Positions 16,759-25,636 of a stretch of DNA of 32,000 bases are shown in pieces; position 1 is the stretch's first letter, and each line of letters starts with the position of its first letter. Source of the stretch: Halogeometricum borinquense DSM 11551 (GTDB taxonomy: Archaea; Halobacteriota; Halobacteria; Halobacteriales; Haloferacaceae); assembly GCF_000172995.2 (NCBI RefSeq), contig NC_014732.1, forward strand, positions 120,001-152,000, given 5' to 3'. The notes under the pieces were generated by a model. That model did not search any database and was not told where the DNA came from. It was given only the letters and a program-made list of their open reading frames with translations. Position numbers and translations under genes: made by a program.

Positions 16759-17043
16759 TTGATAGAATACCCTCTGGTGATAGTAGTGCCGACACAAACC
16801 CACCCCGTCGCGTTTATACTCGCCGTCTTCATGGACGTGACGTTATCGGTTACGATGCCAGTATCAGTTCTTGTATTCTGGCGTGTCGCGCTCGGTCCGA
16901 TTGGGATCATGGAGTCGGTCATCTGCGTTGTGATCGGACTCATCGGGTACATCTTCGCACGCGGTATCGTCCTCCCGCGACGATTGTTCGTCACACAGGC
17001 TGACGACGCTAAAGAGCCAGAACGGCCGCCGCCGCCGGACTGA
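16759..17043 (+). CDS. Hypothetical small membrane protein
   Basis: Two or three hydrophobic segments (VSVLVFWRVALGPIGIM, VICVVIGLIGYIFARGIV) and an acidic, Pro-rich tail. The start is uncertain (TTG 16759; ATG at 16831 gives 70 aa). Confidence 0.4.
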   Translation: MIEYPLVIVVPTQTHPVAFILAVFMDVTLSVTMPVSVLVFWRVALGPIGIMESVICVVIGLIGYIFARGIVLPRRLFVTQADDAKEPERPPPPD

Positions 17044-17212
17044 TCGTTCTCCGCTCCCGGGACGAGGCCGACGCATACTCACGACTTGCAGTCAACTGCT
17101 TTCTCCGGCAACTCGACATCAAGGAGGATAGAGACCGGATGGTCGAAGCATTCGATGTGACTGGGTCGTCGAAGTGTTCGACGCACCCGGGCAGTAGCGC
17201 CAGCGGGTGAGT

Positions 17213-17362
17213 TCAGGCACGCTGGGTGCGTTTACGCATCACTTCGGCGATACCGGCGTTAGCCGAACAGTTCGGGCAGGCGCGGACCGCCCCCGAGTCG
17301 TCCGCGAAGACACGGACGAACCGCTCGGAGACGTGCGTACTGCAGTGGTCACACGTCGCCAT
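17213..17362 (-). CDS. Small zinc-ribbon protein (CxxC...CPxC, 49 aa)
   Basis: Manual translation: MATCDHCSTHVSERFVRVFADDSGAVRACPNCSANAGIAEVMRKRTQRA with a TGA stop. It is below the ORF-track length cutoff. It resembles the small CPxCG-related zinc-finger proteins common in haloarchaea. Confidence 0.6.
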   Translation of the reverse strand: MATCDHCSTHVSERFVRVFADDSGAVRACPNCSANAGIAEVMRKRTQRA

Positions 17363-17531
17363 TCTCTTGCTCCTGTGCTGCGGTCATCTGTGTGTTCCTC
17401 GTTCTCAAGGTAGTCGAAATACCTAATGAGCATTTTCCGGTTTTTCACCCAAATTCGTGGTAGATCTTCGCCGAGCGGTCGGATACTTCCGGCTCCGAGG
17501 GGCTTTTGCTCGTGCCGATGCAAGGCGACGT

Positions 17532-18077
17532 ATGAGCGATACGGAACGTGCGACACTCGGTGGTGGCTGTTTCTGGTGTCTCGAGGCACCGATGAAAGAA
17601 CTCGTCGGCGTCGAGTCCGTTACCTCGGGCTACGCCGGCGGCCACGTCGAAAATCCCACGTATGAGGAAGTTTGCGAAGGAACGACGGGCCACGCCGAGG
17701 TTATACAGGTCGAATTCGACCCCGAGGAAATCAGTTTCGCGGAACTCCTCGAAGTGTTCTTTGCGATTCACGACCCGACGACTGAGGACCGGCAGGGCCC
17801 TGATGTCGGATCGCAGTACCGTTCTGCGGTGTTCTATCACACCGAAGCGCAGCGTGAAACGGTCGAATCGCTCATCGACGAGATGAACGAGTCCGGCGTC
17901 TACGACGACGACATCGTCACCGAAGTCGCGCCGCTCGATACGTTCTATGAGGCCGAAGAGTACCACCAGGACTACTACGAGAAGAATCCCGACCAGCCCT
18001 ACTGCGCGGTTCAGATTCCACCGAAACTGGAGAAAGTCCGCGAGAAATTCGAGGGGAAGGTCCGCGGCGTCAACTAA
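17532..18077 (+). CDS. msrA: Peptide-methionine (S)-S-oxide reductase
   Basis: From ATG 17532: MSDTERATLGGGCFWCLEAPMKEL...GYAGG...NPTYEEVCEGTTGHAEV..V.FDP...FAELLEVFFAIHDPTT..RQGPDVGSQYRS, the classic MsrA GCFW active site. The track ORF has a spurious R-rich N-terminal extension. Confidence 0.93.
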   Translation: MSDTERATLGGGCFWCLEAPMKELVGVESVTSGYAGGHVENPTYEEVCEGTTGHAEVIQVEFDPEEISFAELLEVFFAIHDPTTEDRQGPDVGSQYRSAVFYHTEAQRETVESLIDEMNESGVYDDDIVTEVAPLDTFYEAEEYHQDYYEKNPDQPYCAVQIPPKLEKVREKFEGKVRGVN

Positions 18078-18191
18078 TATTCACGCCAGCGTTCACTCGG
18101 CCCAGCGGTAGATTTTTATCAACTGAGTGAACACACAGTGGGGCGGACGTGCCACCGCGGCCGGTGGACTTCCCGTAGTCCAGTTCCAACG

Positions 18192-18713
18192 ATGACACCG
18201 CCAGCCACTGAAGAGACGACCGAATCGACGGCAATCGGCCCCATAACTGACCTTGACGCTCTCCGAGACGCCGGTGTTCCGTTCTTCGAGGAGACAGACA
18301 CTGTCGAAGAAGCGCAGTTCGAACTGCTCGACAACCTCGATGATTTGGCTCCTGTCGGTGTCGTCAACGAGGACGGCGAAGTGTTGGTCATGCGCGTCAG
18401 CGAGGACTGCACGCCGAAGATTCCCTCCGCGGCAGTCGAACCGGGTGAGGACTACGCGGCGGTGGCCCAACAGTGGGTACGCCAACAGGCGGGTATCGAC
18501 GTGACGCTCGACGGTGTTGAGGGCGTCTGGACGGTTACGGTTCGTTTGGAGGACGAAGCACGCGAGGCGACCCGGAACTTCGTCGTCTTCGCGGCGACAC
18601 CGGAAACGGGCGATGCGGCAGTACACGAGGGCGACGCGTTCGAAGCCGACTGGTACGCAGAACTCCCGGACGACGCGGCCGACGTACCGGGAACGAACCG
18701 CTTTTTCGACTGA
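18192..18713 (+). CDS. Nudix-fold-like protein with a degenerate Nudix box
   Basis: From ATG 18192. The segment AAVEPGEDYAAVAQQWVRQQAGI keeps the spacing of Gx5Ex7REUxEExGU, but REUxEE is replaced by QWVRQQ. Confidence 0.45.
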   Translation: MTPPATEETTESTAIGPITDLDALRDAGVPFFEETDTVEEAQFELLDNLDDLAPVGVVNEDGEVLVMRVSEDCTPKIPSAAVEPGEDYAAVAQQWVRQQAGIDVTLDGVEGVWTVTVRLEDEAREATRNFVVFAATPETGDAAVHEGDAFEADWYAELPDDAADVPGTNRFFD

Positions 18714-18745
18714 GGAATCTGTCCCCCGCTCTTCGATTTCGGAAC

Positions 18746-19996
18746 TTACCCTCGGAGCAACAGCATCGCTGCGACCAGCAAGCAGACGACAAGTCCGCCG
18801 AACGCGTACGCGTAGGAGGCGTAGGTAACGACGACGCCGACGTACGCTGGACCGAGGGCGTTCGCTCCGAGAAACAGGGCGCGCGCCGCGCCAAGGTCAG
18901 CACCCATTCCGTCGGCGGGCGCGTCGTCCATGATAATCGCGTCTGCGAGCGGGAACCCGGTTTTGTAGCCCGCGGCGGCGACGACAGTTGCCGCGAGGAG
19001 GCCGACAGTCGATGTGGCAAGGGTCAGACCGGCCAGTGCGACGGCGGCGAGGAGCAGACCGCCGACAGCGATGCTCCGGCGCGAGTACCGGTCGCCGAGA
19101 CCGCCAGCGAGCGGTTTGACGGCGAGACCGACGAGGAAGACGACGGCAAACGTTGCGCTCGCCTGTCCGTCCGAGAACTCGTGGGCGCGAGCGAGATACG
19201 TCGGGAAGAAGTTGATGAATCCGCCGACCATGAAGTAAAACAGCGAGAACGCAAGCAGCGTCCCGCGTTGCTCGGAACTGGCGACGAGGCGGCGCACCGT
19301 ACTCACCGCGTCGAGCGAGGACGAGCCAACGCGGAACGTTTCGCGCGTCCAGACCGCGTACAGTACCGTGACGACGGCGAGAATGACGGCGACTGGGAGA
19401 AACGGCGTCCGCCACGTCGCGTAAGTGAGCGCGAGGACGGCGATACCCGAGGCGAGCAAGCCGCCCACGTCCGTCCCTGCGGCGTAGATGCCGAGTGCGC
19501 GGCCGCGACGCGCCGTAAACAGGTCCGAGACGAGCGCGCGCGACGGGATGGCGAATAGCCCTTTGCCAAGCCCGACGACGACGGCGGCGACAACGAATAT
19601 GGCGAGACTGGTGGCGACGCCGAACAGGAGGAATCCGACGACAAGTATCGCCAGCCCCGGAAGGATGAGCGTCGTCCGGTTCCAGTTGTCGGAGTACTCG
19701 CCGCCGGGGTACTGTGTCAGCGCGTAGACGCCCTGAAACGCCGCGAGCGTGAGACCGGCCGTCGCTTCAGTAATTCCGAGGTCGCTGATAATGGCCGGAA
19801 GGAGCGGCGAAAGGAGGAATCGGCCCATCTGGAGAACGGCCCAGCCGAGGGAGACGGCAAGCAGCATCCGTGTCGCGTACGTCCGGCCGTCGTCCCTCGT
19901 CGTCTCTGTCACGTTTGAGACTCCGGGATGGGGGACCACGTGGCTTCTGATTCCGGAAGCCTTCGCAGGTGCCGACAGCTTCTGTCCCGCCGGCAA
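18746..19996 (-). CDS. MFS transporter
   Basis: About 12 hydrophobic segments. The MFS loop motif GGEYSDNWNR / GDRYSRR lies between TM2 and TM3 in each half. The start is uncertain (TTG 19996, GTG 19912 or ATG 19867). Confidence 0.85.
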   Translation of the reverse strand: MPAGQKLSAPAKASGIRSHVVPHPGVSNVTETTRDDGRTYATRMLLAVSLGWAVLQMGRFLLSPLLPAIISDLGITEATAGLTLAAFQGVYALTQYPGGEYSDNWNRTTLILPGLAILVVGFLLFGVATSLAIFVVAAVVVGLGKGLFAIPSRALVSDLFTARRGRALGIYAAGTDVGGLLASGIAVLALTYATWRTPFLPVAVILAVVTVLYAVWTRETFRVGSSSLDAVSTVRRLVASSEQRGTLLAFSLFYFMVGGFINFFPTYLARAHEFSDGQASATFAVVFLVGLAVKPLAGGLGDRYSRRSIAVGGLLLAAVALAGLTLATSTVGLLAATVVAAAGYKTGFPLADAIIMDDAPADGMGADLGAARALFLGANALGPAYVGVVVTYASYAYAFGGLVVCLLVAAMLLLRG

Positions 19997-20005
19997 CGAC
20001 GTTTT

Positions 20006-20803
20006 TCAGAGATTCGACGCGCCGGACCCGCCGTCGATGGGGACGGCGACGCCGTTGATGTACTCCGACTGCGGCGACGACAGGTACGCGACAGTGCGTC
20101 CGAGATCCATCGGATCTCCGATGTGACCCACCGGAATTCCCTGTCCCCAGTCGTCGAGTCCGTCTTCGTAGTCCTCGTATTCGCCGCGTTCGACGCCCTG
20201 TTCGATGAGTTCCTCGATTCGCGGCGTTTCGTGGGACCCCGGGAGGACGGCGTTTGCCCGTACTTCGGGAGCGAGTTCCTTCGAGAGCGTCTTCTCCAGT
20301 CCGATAACGCCCATTCGGACCGAATTCGAGAGGACGAGACCGTCGATGGCCTCCTTGACGCTTCGAGAGGTGATATTCACGATGGTCCCGCCGTCGCCCG
20401 CCCGAAGGTGGTCTGCGGCCGCGCGAACGGACCGGACAACGCTCATCACCAACAGGTCGTACGCTTCGTACCAGTCGTCGTCGGTCGTCTCCATGAACGG
20501 TCCCGACGGCGGGCCGCCGGCGGAGGTGACGAGATGATCTAACCGGCCGAACTCCTCGACAGGGCGTTCGACCAGCGCCTCGATGTCCTCGGGGTCGGTC
20601 AGATCACCTGTCTGCCCGACCACAGTTGCGTCATCGGCGGCATCGGCTTGCACCTCCGCTACTGCCGATTCGAGTCGGTCCTCGTCCCGGCCGTTCATTA
20701 CGACGTTCACGCCTTCCTGTGCCAGTGCGCGCGCCGATGCGTTACCGAGTCCGCTACTCGACGCCGTCACCAGCGCCGCGTTCCCTGCGATTTCGAGGTT
20801 CAT
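20006..20803 (-). CDS. SDR-family oxidoreductase
   Basis: From ATG 20803: MNLEIAGNAALVTASSSGLGNASARALAQEGVNVVMNGR (TGxxxGxG variant), VTSAGG, and a catalytic region with S...K. A track ORF upstream extension of 9 aa was ignored. Confidence 0.88.
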   Translation of the reverse strand: MNLEIAGNAALVTASSSGLGNASARALAQEGVNVVMNGRDEDRLESAVAEVQADAADDATVVGQTGDLTDPEDIEALVERPVEEFGRLDHLVTSAGGPPSGPFMETTDDDWYEAYDLLVMSVVRSVRAAADHLRAGDGGTIVNITSRSVKEAIDGLVLSNSVRMGVIGLEKTLSKELAPEVRANAVLPGSHETPRIEELIEQGVERGEYEDYEDGLDDWGQGIPVGHIGDPMDLGRTVAYLSSPQSEYINGVAVPIDGGSGASNL

Positions 20804-21013
20804 ACGGATAGGCTGGTGTGACTCCCTCAAAACGCTACCCGTGTCGGTGGCTTTCGCGGTGTTTTGTTCGGAATGGACACTCAGTATTCGGTTGAGTCTT
20901 CACTCGCTGCTCAGTAACTACGCGCTGTGTTTCTGGACCAAACGGCTGTGCTAGCGGCTTAAGGATGTGCTAACCCGACGTAACGATGTGAACACCAATA
21001 CCCTTCGGCCCCC

Positions 21014-21205
21014 ATGGTATTCGTCATGCAAGCGGACCTGACGGACGATCTCGAGGCGGACGTGTGGAGTCTCTTCGAGTCGGGTGTTCTGTCCGAAGAA
21101 GTGACGCGACATCTCCTCGGGGACCGCTCGTTCGAGGCGTGGGCCGAGAAACGACGGATGCCGCAGGATCTGTTCTGGGGAGACGCCAACCAGTTTTTCG
21201 GCTGA
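21014..21205 (+). CDS. Hypothetical small acidic protein (63 aa)
   Basis: ATG start and an acidic, haloarchaeal-like composition (MVFVMQADLTDDLEADVWSLFESGVLSEEVTRHLLGDRSFEAWAEK...). No motif recognised. Confidence 0.4.
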   Translation: MVFVMQADLTDDLEADVWSLFESGVLSEEVTRHLLGDRSFEAWAEKRRMPQDLFWGDANQFFG

Positions 21206-21339
21206 CTTCCGCCGCTACTGTTGCGGTCGTCCCCGTTTGTCTATCTGCACGTGGTGCTGTCTCACGGCTTCTGTCGGTTGATCCGAGCGGTATAGATCTG
21301 TCGCTGGCGGCACGCCGCTCGTCAGGTACAACACTTTTG

Positions 21340-21357
21340 ACTGACTAGACAGTCAGT
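21340..21357. promoter_or_regulatory. Putative TetR operator (7-4-7 inverted repeat) upstream of the tetR-MATE operon
   Basis: ACTGACT-agac-AGTCAGT, a perfect 7-bp-arm palindrome ending 34 nt upstream of the tetR ATG (21391). This is the region where a promoter for a short-leader or leaderless transcript would lie. Confidence 0.45.
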
Positions 21358-21390
21358 ACATGTAGTGACCGATTTTCTCGGTTGGTATGC

Positions 21391-21990
21391 ATGAGTTCTG
21401 ACGCTGCCGACGACATCATGGATGGGACGCACAGCGCACTCCGTACGCACGGGTACGCGGCGTTGACGATGCAAGATATCGCGGACGAGGCTGGATTGAG
21501 TAAAGCGGCACTTCACTACCACTTCGACTGCAAACACGACCTCTTGCTCTCGTTTCTCGACCGCCTCTACGGCCAGTTCGAAGAGCGTATCGCGGACCCG
21601 CCGGGTGACGACCCAGCGGAACAACTGCTCTCGCTCATTGAAACGGTGATGCTGCCACCCGCTGACGACGACCCGCACGAGTTCCGGACGGCGCTCCTCG
21701 AAATCGAAGCGCAAGCACCCTACGACGAGTCGTTCCGGGAGCGACTCGAACGGTTTGACGACGCTTTCACCGAACGCATTCGCTCGATACTCGCTGCGGG
21801 CGTTGAGGACGGGACCTTCCGTGAGGACGTTGCCCCCGACGAGGCGGCGTCGTTCGTCGCCACCTACGTTAGGGGGGCACGGACGCAGAACGTCGCTGTC
21901 GGCACTCCGCTGGACGATTCGCTGTCGGCGTTTCGAAGCTACGTCGAGAGTACGCTCCTCCCGGCGTCCGCTGAGGTGGACACCGAATGA
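21391..21990 (+). CDS. TetR/AcrR family transcriptional regulator
   Basis: N-terminal HTH: ALRTHGYAALTMQDIADEAGLSKAALHYHFDCKHDLL. The stop overlaps the MATE start (ATGA 21987-21990). Confidence 0.9.
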   Translation: MSSDAADDIMDGTHSALRTHGYAALTMQDIADEAGLSKAALHYHFDCKHDLLLSFLDRLYGQFEERIADPPGDDPAEQLLSLIETVMLPPADDDPHEFRTALLEIEAQAPYDESFRERLERFDDAFTERIRSILAAGVEDGTFREDVAPDEAASFVATYVRGARTQNVAVGTPLDDSLSAFRSYVESTLLPASAEVDTE

Positions 21991-23459
21991 GTATCCGCGA
22001 CCGGTTGGATCGCGTATTCAAAGGACGCGACGAGTTCGACCTCACGTCCGGCGATATCGCCAGACCGCTGTTTTATCTGTCCCTCCCAATCGTCGTCACT
22101 AACCTCCTCCAGACGGCGTACAACCTCGCGGATACGTACTGGATCGGTCGGTTCAGCACGGACGCGCTTGCGGCGATCAGCTTCGCGTTCCCGATGGTGT
22201 TTCTTCTCATCTCCTTCGGGATGGGCCTGTCCGTCGCCGGGAGCGTCCTCGTCGCCCAGCATACGGGTGCCGGAGAGGAGGACGAAGCCGAATACGCCGC
22301 ATCGCAGACGGTGACGTTTTCGCTCGTTGGATCGCTGTTTCTCGGCGTGTTAGGCTACGTTGCAGTTGGCCCGTTCCTCGGAATACTGGGTGCGTCGCCG
22401 GACGTGCTTCCGCTCGCGCGAGACTATATGCAGATTATCTCGCTCGGCCTGCCGTTCATGTTCGGCTTCTTCGTCTTCGTCGCTCTCATGCGAGGGTACG
22501 GCGACACGATTACGCCGATGCTCGTCATGTTCGGGTCCGTCGTCCTCAACATCGCCTTAGATCCCATCCTCATCTTCGGGTTCGAGGCGAATCCGCTGTT
22601 TACGATGCTCGGACTCGGCAATCTCCAGTCGCAACTGTTCGCCATGACGGGCTATACCGGATCCGGAATCGCGGGCGCGGCTATCGCCACTGTCTTCTCG
22701 CGCTCGCTCGCGCTCATCGTCGGCCTGTACATCATGTTTGACGGATCGCGCGGTGTCCAGATTCACCTCTGGCAGATGAGTCCCAACTTCGACTTTCTCG
22801 AACGACTCCTCTCTATCGGCATTCCTGCCTCCATCGAGGGGACGGGCCGTGCGCTCTCTGTGAATCTGCTCCTCATCGTCGTCGGCATGTTCCCGACGAC
22901 CGTCGTCGCCGCGTACGGTATCGGTGTGCGGGTGTTTTCGGTCATCTTCCTCCCCGCTATCGCCGTCGCCCGCGGTGTTGAGACGATGACCGGGCAGAAC
23001 ATCGGTGCTGGAAAGCCGGCGCGCGCCGAGCGGGCGGCAAACATCGCGGCGATGGCGATGTTCGGTATCCTTACGCTCGCCGGTGTCATCGCGTTCGTCG
23101 CCGCCGAACCGATCATTGCGGTGTTCACCAACGATCCGGATGTAATTCGCGTCGGCGTGGACTTTCTCTACTGGGTCGCGCCGACGTTCGGTTTCATCGG
23201 TATCATGCGCTCGTACACCGGGAGTTTCCGCGGTGCGGGCGAGACGTTGACGGCAGCGGCTATCGCCGTCCTGATGCTCGGGTTCATCCGCCTGCCGTTC
23301 GCGTATTTCGCCTCGCAGTCATTTGACCACGGTTCCACGGGCATCTGGATGGCGTTCACCGTCTCCAACGTCGCGGGCGCGGTCATCGCCTATGCGTGGT
23401 ACCGTCGCAGCACGTGGCGTGACAAGTCGCTCGCCCGAACCGTCCCTGCGGACGACTGA
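21987..23459 (+). CDS. MATE family efflux transporter
   Basis: 490 aa with 12 predicted TM segments. The N-terminal PIVVTNLLQTAYNLADTYWIGRFSTDALAAISFAFP is typical of MatE repeats. Confidence 0.9.
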   Translation: MSIRDRLDRVFKGRDEFDLTSGDIARPLFYLSLPIVVTNLLQTAYNLADTYWIGRFSTDALAAISFAFPMVFLLISFGMGLSVAGSVLVAQHTGAGEEDEAEYAASQTVTFSLVGSLFLGVLGYVAVGPFLGILGASPDVLPLARDYMQIISLGLPFMFGFFVFVALMRGYGDTITPMLVMFGSVVLNIALDPILIFGFEANPLFTMLGLGNLQSQLFAMTGYTGSGIAGAAIATVFSRSLALIVGLYIMFDGSRGVQIHLWQMSPNFDFLERLLSIGIPASIEGTGRALSVNLLLIVVGMFPTTVVAAYGIGVRVFSVIFLPAIAVARGVETMTGQNIGAGKPARAERAANIAAMAMFGILTLAGVIAFVAAEPIIAVFTNDPDVIRVGVDFLYWVAPTFGFIGIMRSYTGSFRGAGETLTAAAIAVLMLGFIRLPFAYFASQSFDHGSTGIWMAFTVSNVAGAVIAYAWYRRSTWRDKSLARTVPADD

Positions 23460-23605
23460 TTGGGTTCGAAAAGCTCGGCGACGTAGCACAGACTGTGTGG
23501 CGGCACCCGGGGTTCTCCAGGGTGCGACACGTAAAACGTCCTCGTTCACGGGCATTCCCTCCGACATTCTGTGGACCTATGTGTGTCCAGTCCGTAGTTG
23601 GAACG

Positions 23606-24691
23606 ATGAGCGAGACGGCTCCCGGCGATGCCCCTCATCCCAGTCACTTTGCTGACACGTTCGACGTGTACGAGGTGGAATCGACGGCCGATGCGGTGCG
23701 TTACTACGGCGAACCGCGTTCGGACCACGAATCAGTTGTCCGTGCCGTCGCTCCGCTGTTCCGTGACCGCGGCTACACCGTTTCGATGGAACACGAACTC
23801 GGAGAGTACGCTCTCGTCGCACGAGAGCGGTCGGTCGGTATCGACGGCTTCCCGACGACGAATGTCATCCTCTTTCTTGCGACCGTCTTGACGACGCTGT
23901 TCGCTGGGTCACAGTGGTACGGCATCGACACCCTGTCGCATCCTGCGCGTATCGTGGAAGCGTGGCCGTTCACCGTCGCCGTCTTGGGTGTGCTCGGCGT
24001 TCACGAACTCGGCCATTACGTCGCCAGTCGCTATCACGACGTGCAGGCGTCACTTCCCTATTTCCTCCCTCTCCCGACGCTTCTCGGCACGATGGGCGCG
24101 GTTATCCGCATGAACGACACGCTTCCCGACCGGAAGTCGCTGTTCGATATCGGCGTGGCTGGTCCACTGGCAGGCCTAGGAGCGACAGTTATCGTGACGG
24201 CCGTCGGCGTCACGCTCCCGCCTGTTGAAGTCGGCGCGTTCCCCATACAGTTGGGCTACCCGCCGCTCATTCAACTCATCGCGGCCGCACTCGGTGAGCA
24301 ACTCGTCTACGCCGACGCATCCCTCATGGCCAATCCCGTCGTCGTCGGCGGGTGGGTTGGAGCGTTCGTTACGTTCCTCAACCTCCTTCCAGTCGGGCAA
24401 CTCGACGGTGGTCACATCGTCCGCGCGATGTTCGGGCGCGCACACGGGACGATTCAGCGTCTCGTCCCGGCCGCTCTGTTCGGTCTCGGCGCGTATCTGT
24501 ACGCTTTCGGTGACGGTCAGTCGGTGAGCCTCTGGGTCGTCTGGGGATTCCTGACGCTCTTTTTCGCCCGCATGGGGAGCGCAGAACCGCTTGACGATTC
24601 CGCGCTCGGAGCGTCTCGACTCGCGATTGGTGGACTCACGCTTCTCCTCGGCGTACTCTCCTTTACGCCCGTTCCGCTGGTTCTCACGTGA
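23606..24691 (+). CDS. Site-2 protease family (M50) membrane metalloprotease
   Basis: HELGHYVASRYH (HExxH in a TM segment) and FLNLLPVGQLDGGHI (NxxPxxxLDG). Start taken at ATG 23606 (MSETAPGD); the track ORF has an R-rich extension. Confidence 0.85.
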   Translation: MSETAPGDAPHPSHFADTFDVYEVESTADAVRYYGEPRSDHESVVRAVAPLFRDRGYTVSMEHELGEYALVARERSVGIDGFPTTNVILFLATVLTTLFAGSQWYGIDTLSHPARIVEAWPFTVAVLGVLGVHELGHYVASRYHDVQASLPYFLPLPTLLGTMGAVIRMNDTLPDRKSLFDIGVAGPLAGLGATVIVTAVGVTLPPVEVGAFPIQLGYPPLIQLIAAALGEQLVYADASLMANPVVVGGWVGAFVTFLNLLPVGQLDGGHIVRAMFGRAHGTIQRLVPAALFGLGAYLYAFGDGQSVSLWVVWGFLTLFFARMGSAEPLDDSALGASRLAIGGLTLLLGVLSFTPVPLVLT

Positions 24692-24772
24692 CGCCTGAAT
24701 CGGGGTCGCGTCGTCTCGTTTGAACGCTTGTGGCCCGGGAGAAACGGATCCCGGTCGAAAAGCACGCGCGGT

Positions 24773-25012
24773 TCAGAGTCGGTCGTCGTTGATTCCGCCG
24801 GGGTCGCTCGCGGTGTCGAACAGGTTGTTTTCTGCGCCGTCCATGAAGTCGTCGCCGGGCGTGGATTCGTCCACGACACTGACGTTGTAGGCGTCGATAC
24901 CCATACTCAGAAGCTCTTCGACGGCTTGCTCCTCGGTCACGAACTCTTCGTCTACGAGCTGTTCGAACTCGGTCAACAACTCGTCGGGGAGTGTCACTTC
25001 GACGATTGGCAT
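24773..25012 (-). CDS. Small acidic protein, probable ribbon-helix-helix (CopG-like) domain
   Basis: MPIVEVTLPDELLTEFEQLVDEEF... matches the beta-strand plus helix start of RHH proteins. Acidic disordered tail. Confidence 0.5.
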   Translation of the reverse strand: MPIVEVTLPDELLTEFEQLVDEEFVTEEQAVEELLSMGIDAYNVSVVDESTPGDDFMDGAENNLFDTASDPGGINDDRL

Positions 25013-25126
25013 CGGTCAAGGTTCGAACTCCTCCTACTTGAGTGGCCGGTTGCTGAGCGTTCGTTCGCGCCGCCCGTCACCGATTCACCTTTCGTCTGGA
25101 ATCGCCGCTACTCGGTTCCCTTTTCC

Positions 25127-25570
25127 TCACCAACCCCATGCGGTGTCTCGGCGTGGCAGGTTACGCGGACCGGTTCGCCGTCTCGTTCTGTCTCGACGGC
25201 CCCACATCTGCCCGCATCCGAGGAGTGTCACCCAGTCATCACCGCGGCGTTGGTCCACCGTCACGAGGATATCGTCGGTCTCGCTGTCACGCCCGGCGTA
25301 CTCGATGCGAATCTGCTCTCCGTACACTTTCAGGCCCGTCGGCCCTTGCAGTTCGACCACTGTCGAGTCGGTCCGCCCATCCGGGTGTTCGACGAGAACT
25401 TCCACCATCGGTGCGTCGCCGTCGGGCACGGAGAACGATACTGAGAGTACGTTTTCGTCCACGTCTACGTTTTCGATTTCGACGAGCGACGCAGAGACGC
25501 CGGCGGCGTCAGCTACCTGTTGTCTGAGTACGTTGACGGGTACTCGGGCCGTGTCACGTTGTCTGTCCAT
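25127..25570 (-). CDS. Hypothetical protein (possible C-terminal frameshift)
   Basis: ATG 25570 (MDRQRDTARVPVNVLRQQVADAAGV...VEVLVEHPDGRTDSTVVELQGPTGLKVYGEQIRIEYAGRDSETDDILVTVD...). The last 23 aa are strongly Arg-rich (10 of 23), which is atypical, while an alternative frame gives an acidic tail (see findings). Confidence 0.45.
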   Translation of the reverse strand: MDRQRDTARVPVNVLRQQVADAAGVSASLVEIENVDVDENVLSVSFSVPDGDAPMVEVLVEHPDGRTDSTVVELQGPTGLKVYGEQIRIEYAGRDSETDDILVTVDQRRGDDWVTLLGCGQMWGRRDRTRRRTGPRNLPRRDTAWGW

Positions 25571-25636
25571 ACGGTCTCTGTGCGTGATATACAACGGAGG
25601 GTTTTGACTGCACCGCCGTTGCGGGCACGGCGGCTG

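Noticed and set aside
17239-17589. 116-aa minus-strand ORF spanning the msrA upstream region
   Set aside because: It overlaps the msrA start and the zinc-ribbon gene in another frame. It has a basic, low-complexity composition and no motif.
21343-21352. 10-nt identity (ACTGTCTAGT on the reverse strand) between the tetR-upstream palindrome and the IS6 terminal inverted repeat
   Set aside because: The match does not extend on either side. A single 10-mer coincidence is not improbable in 64 kb of two-strand sequence. The palindrome is better explained as an operator.
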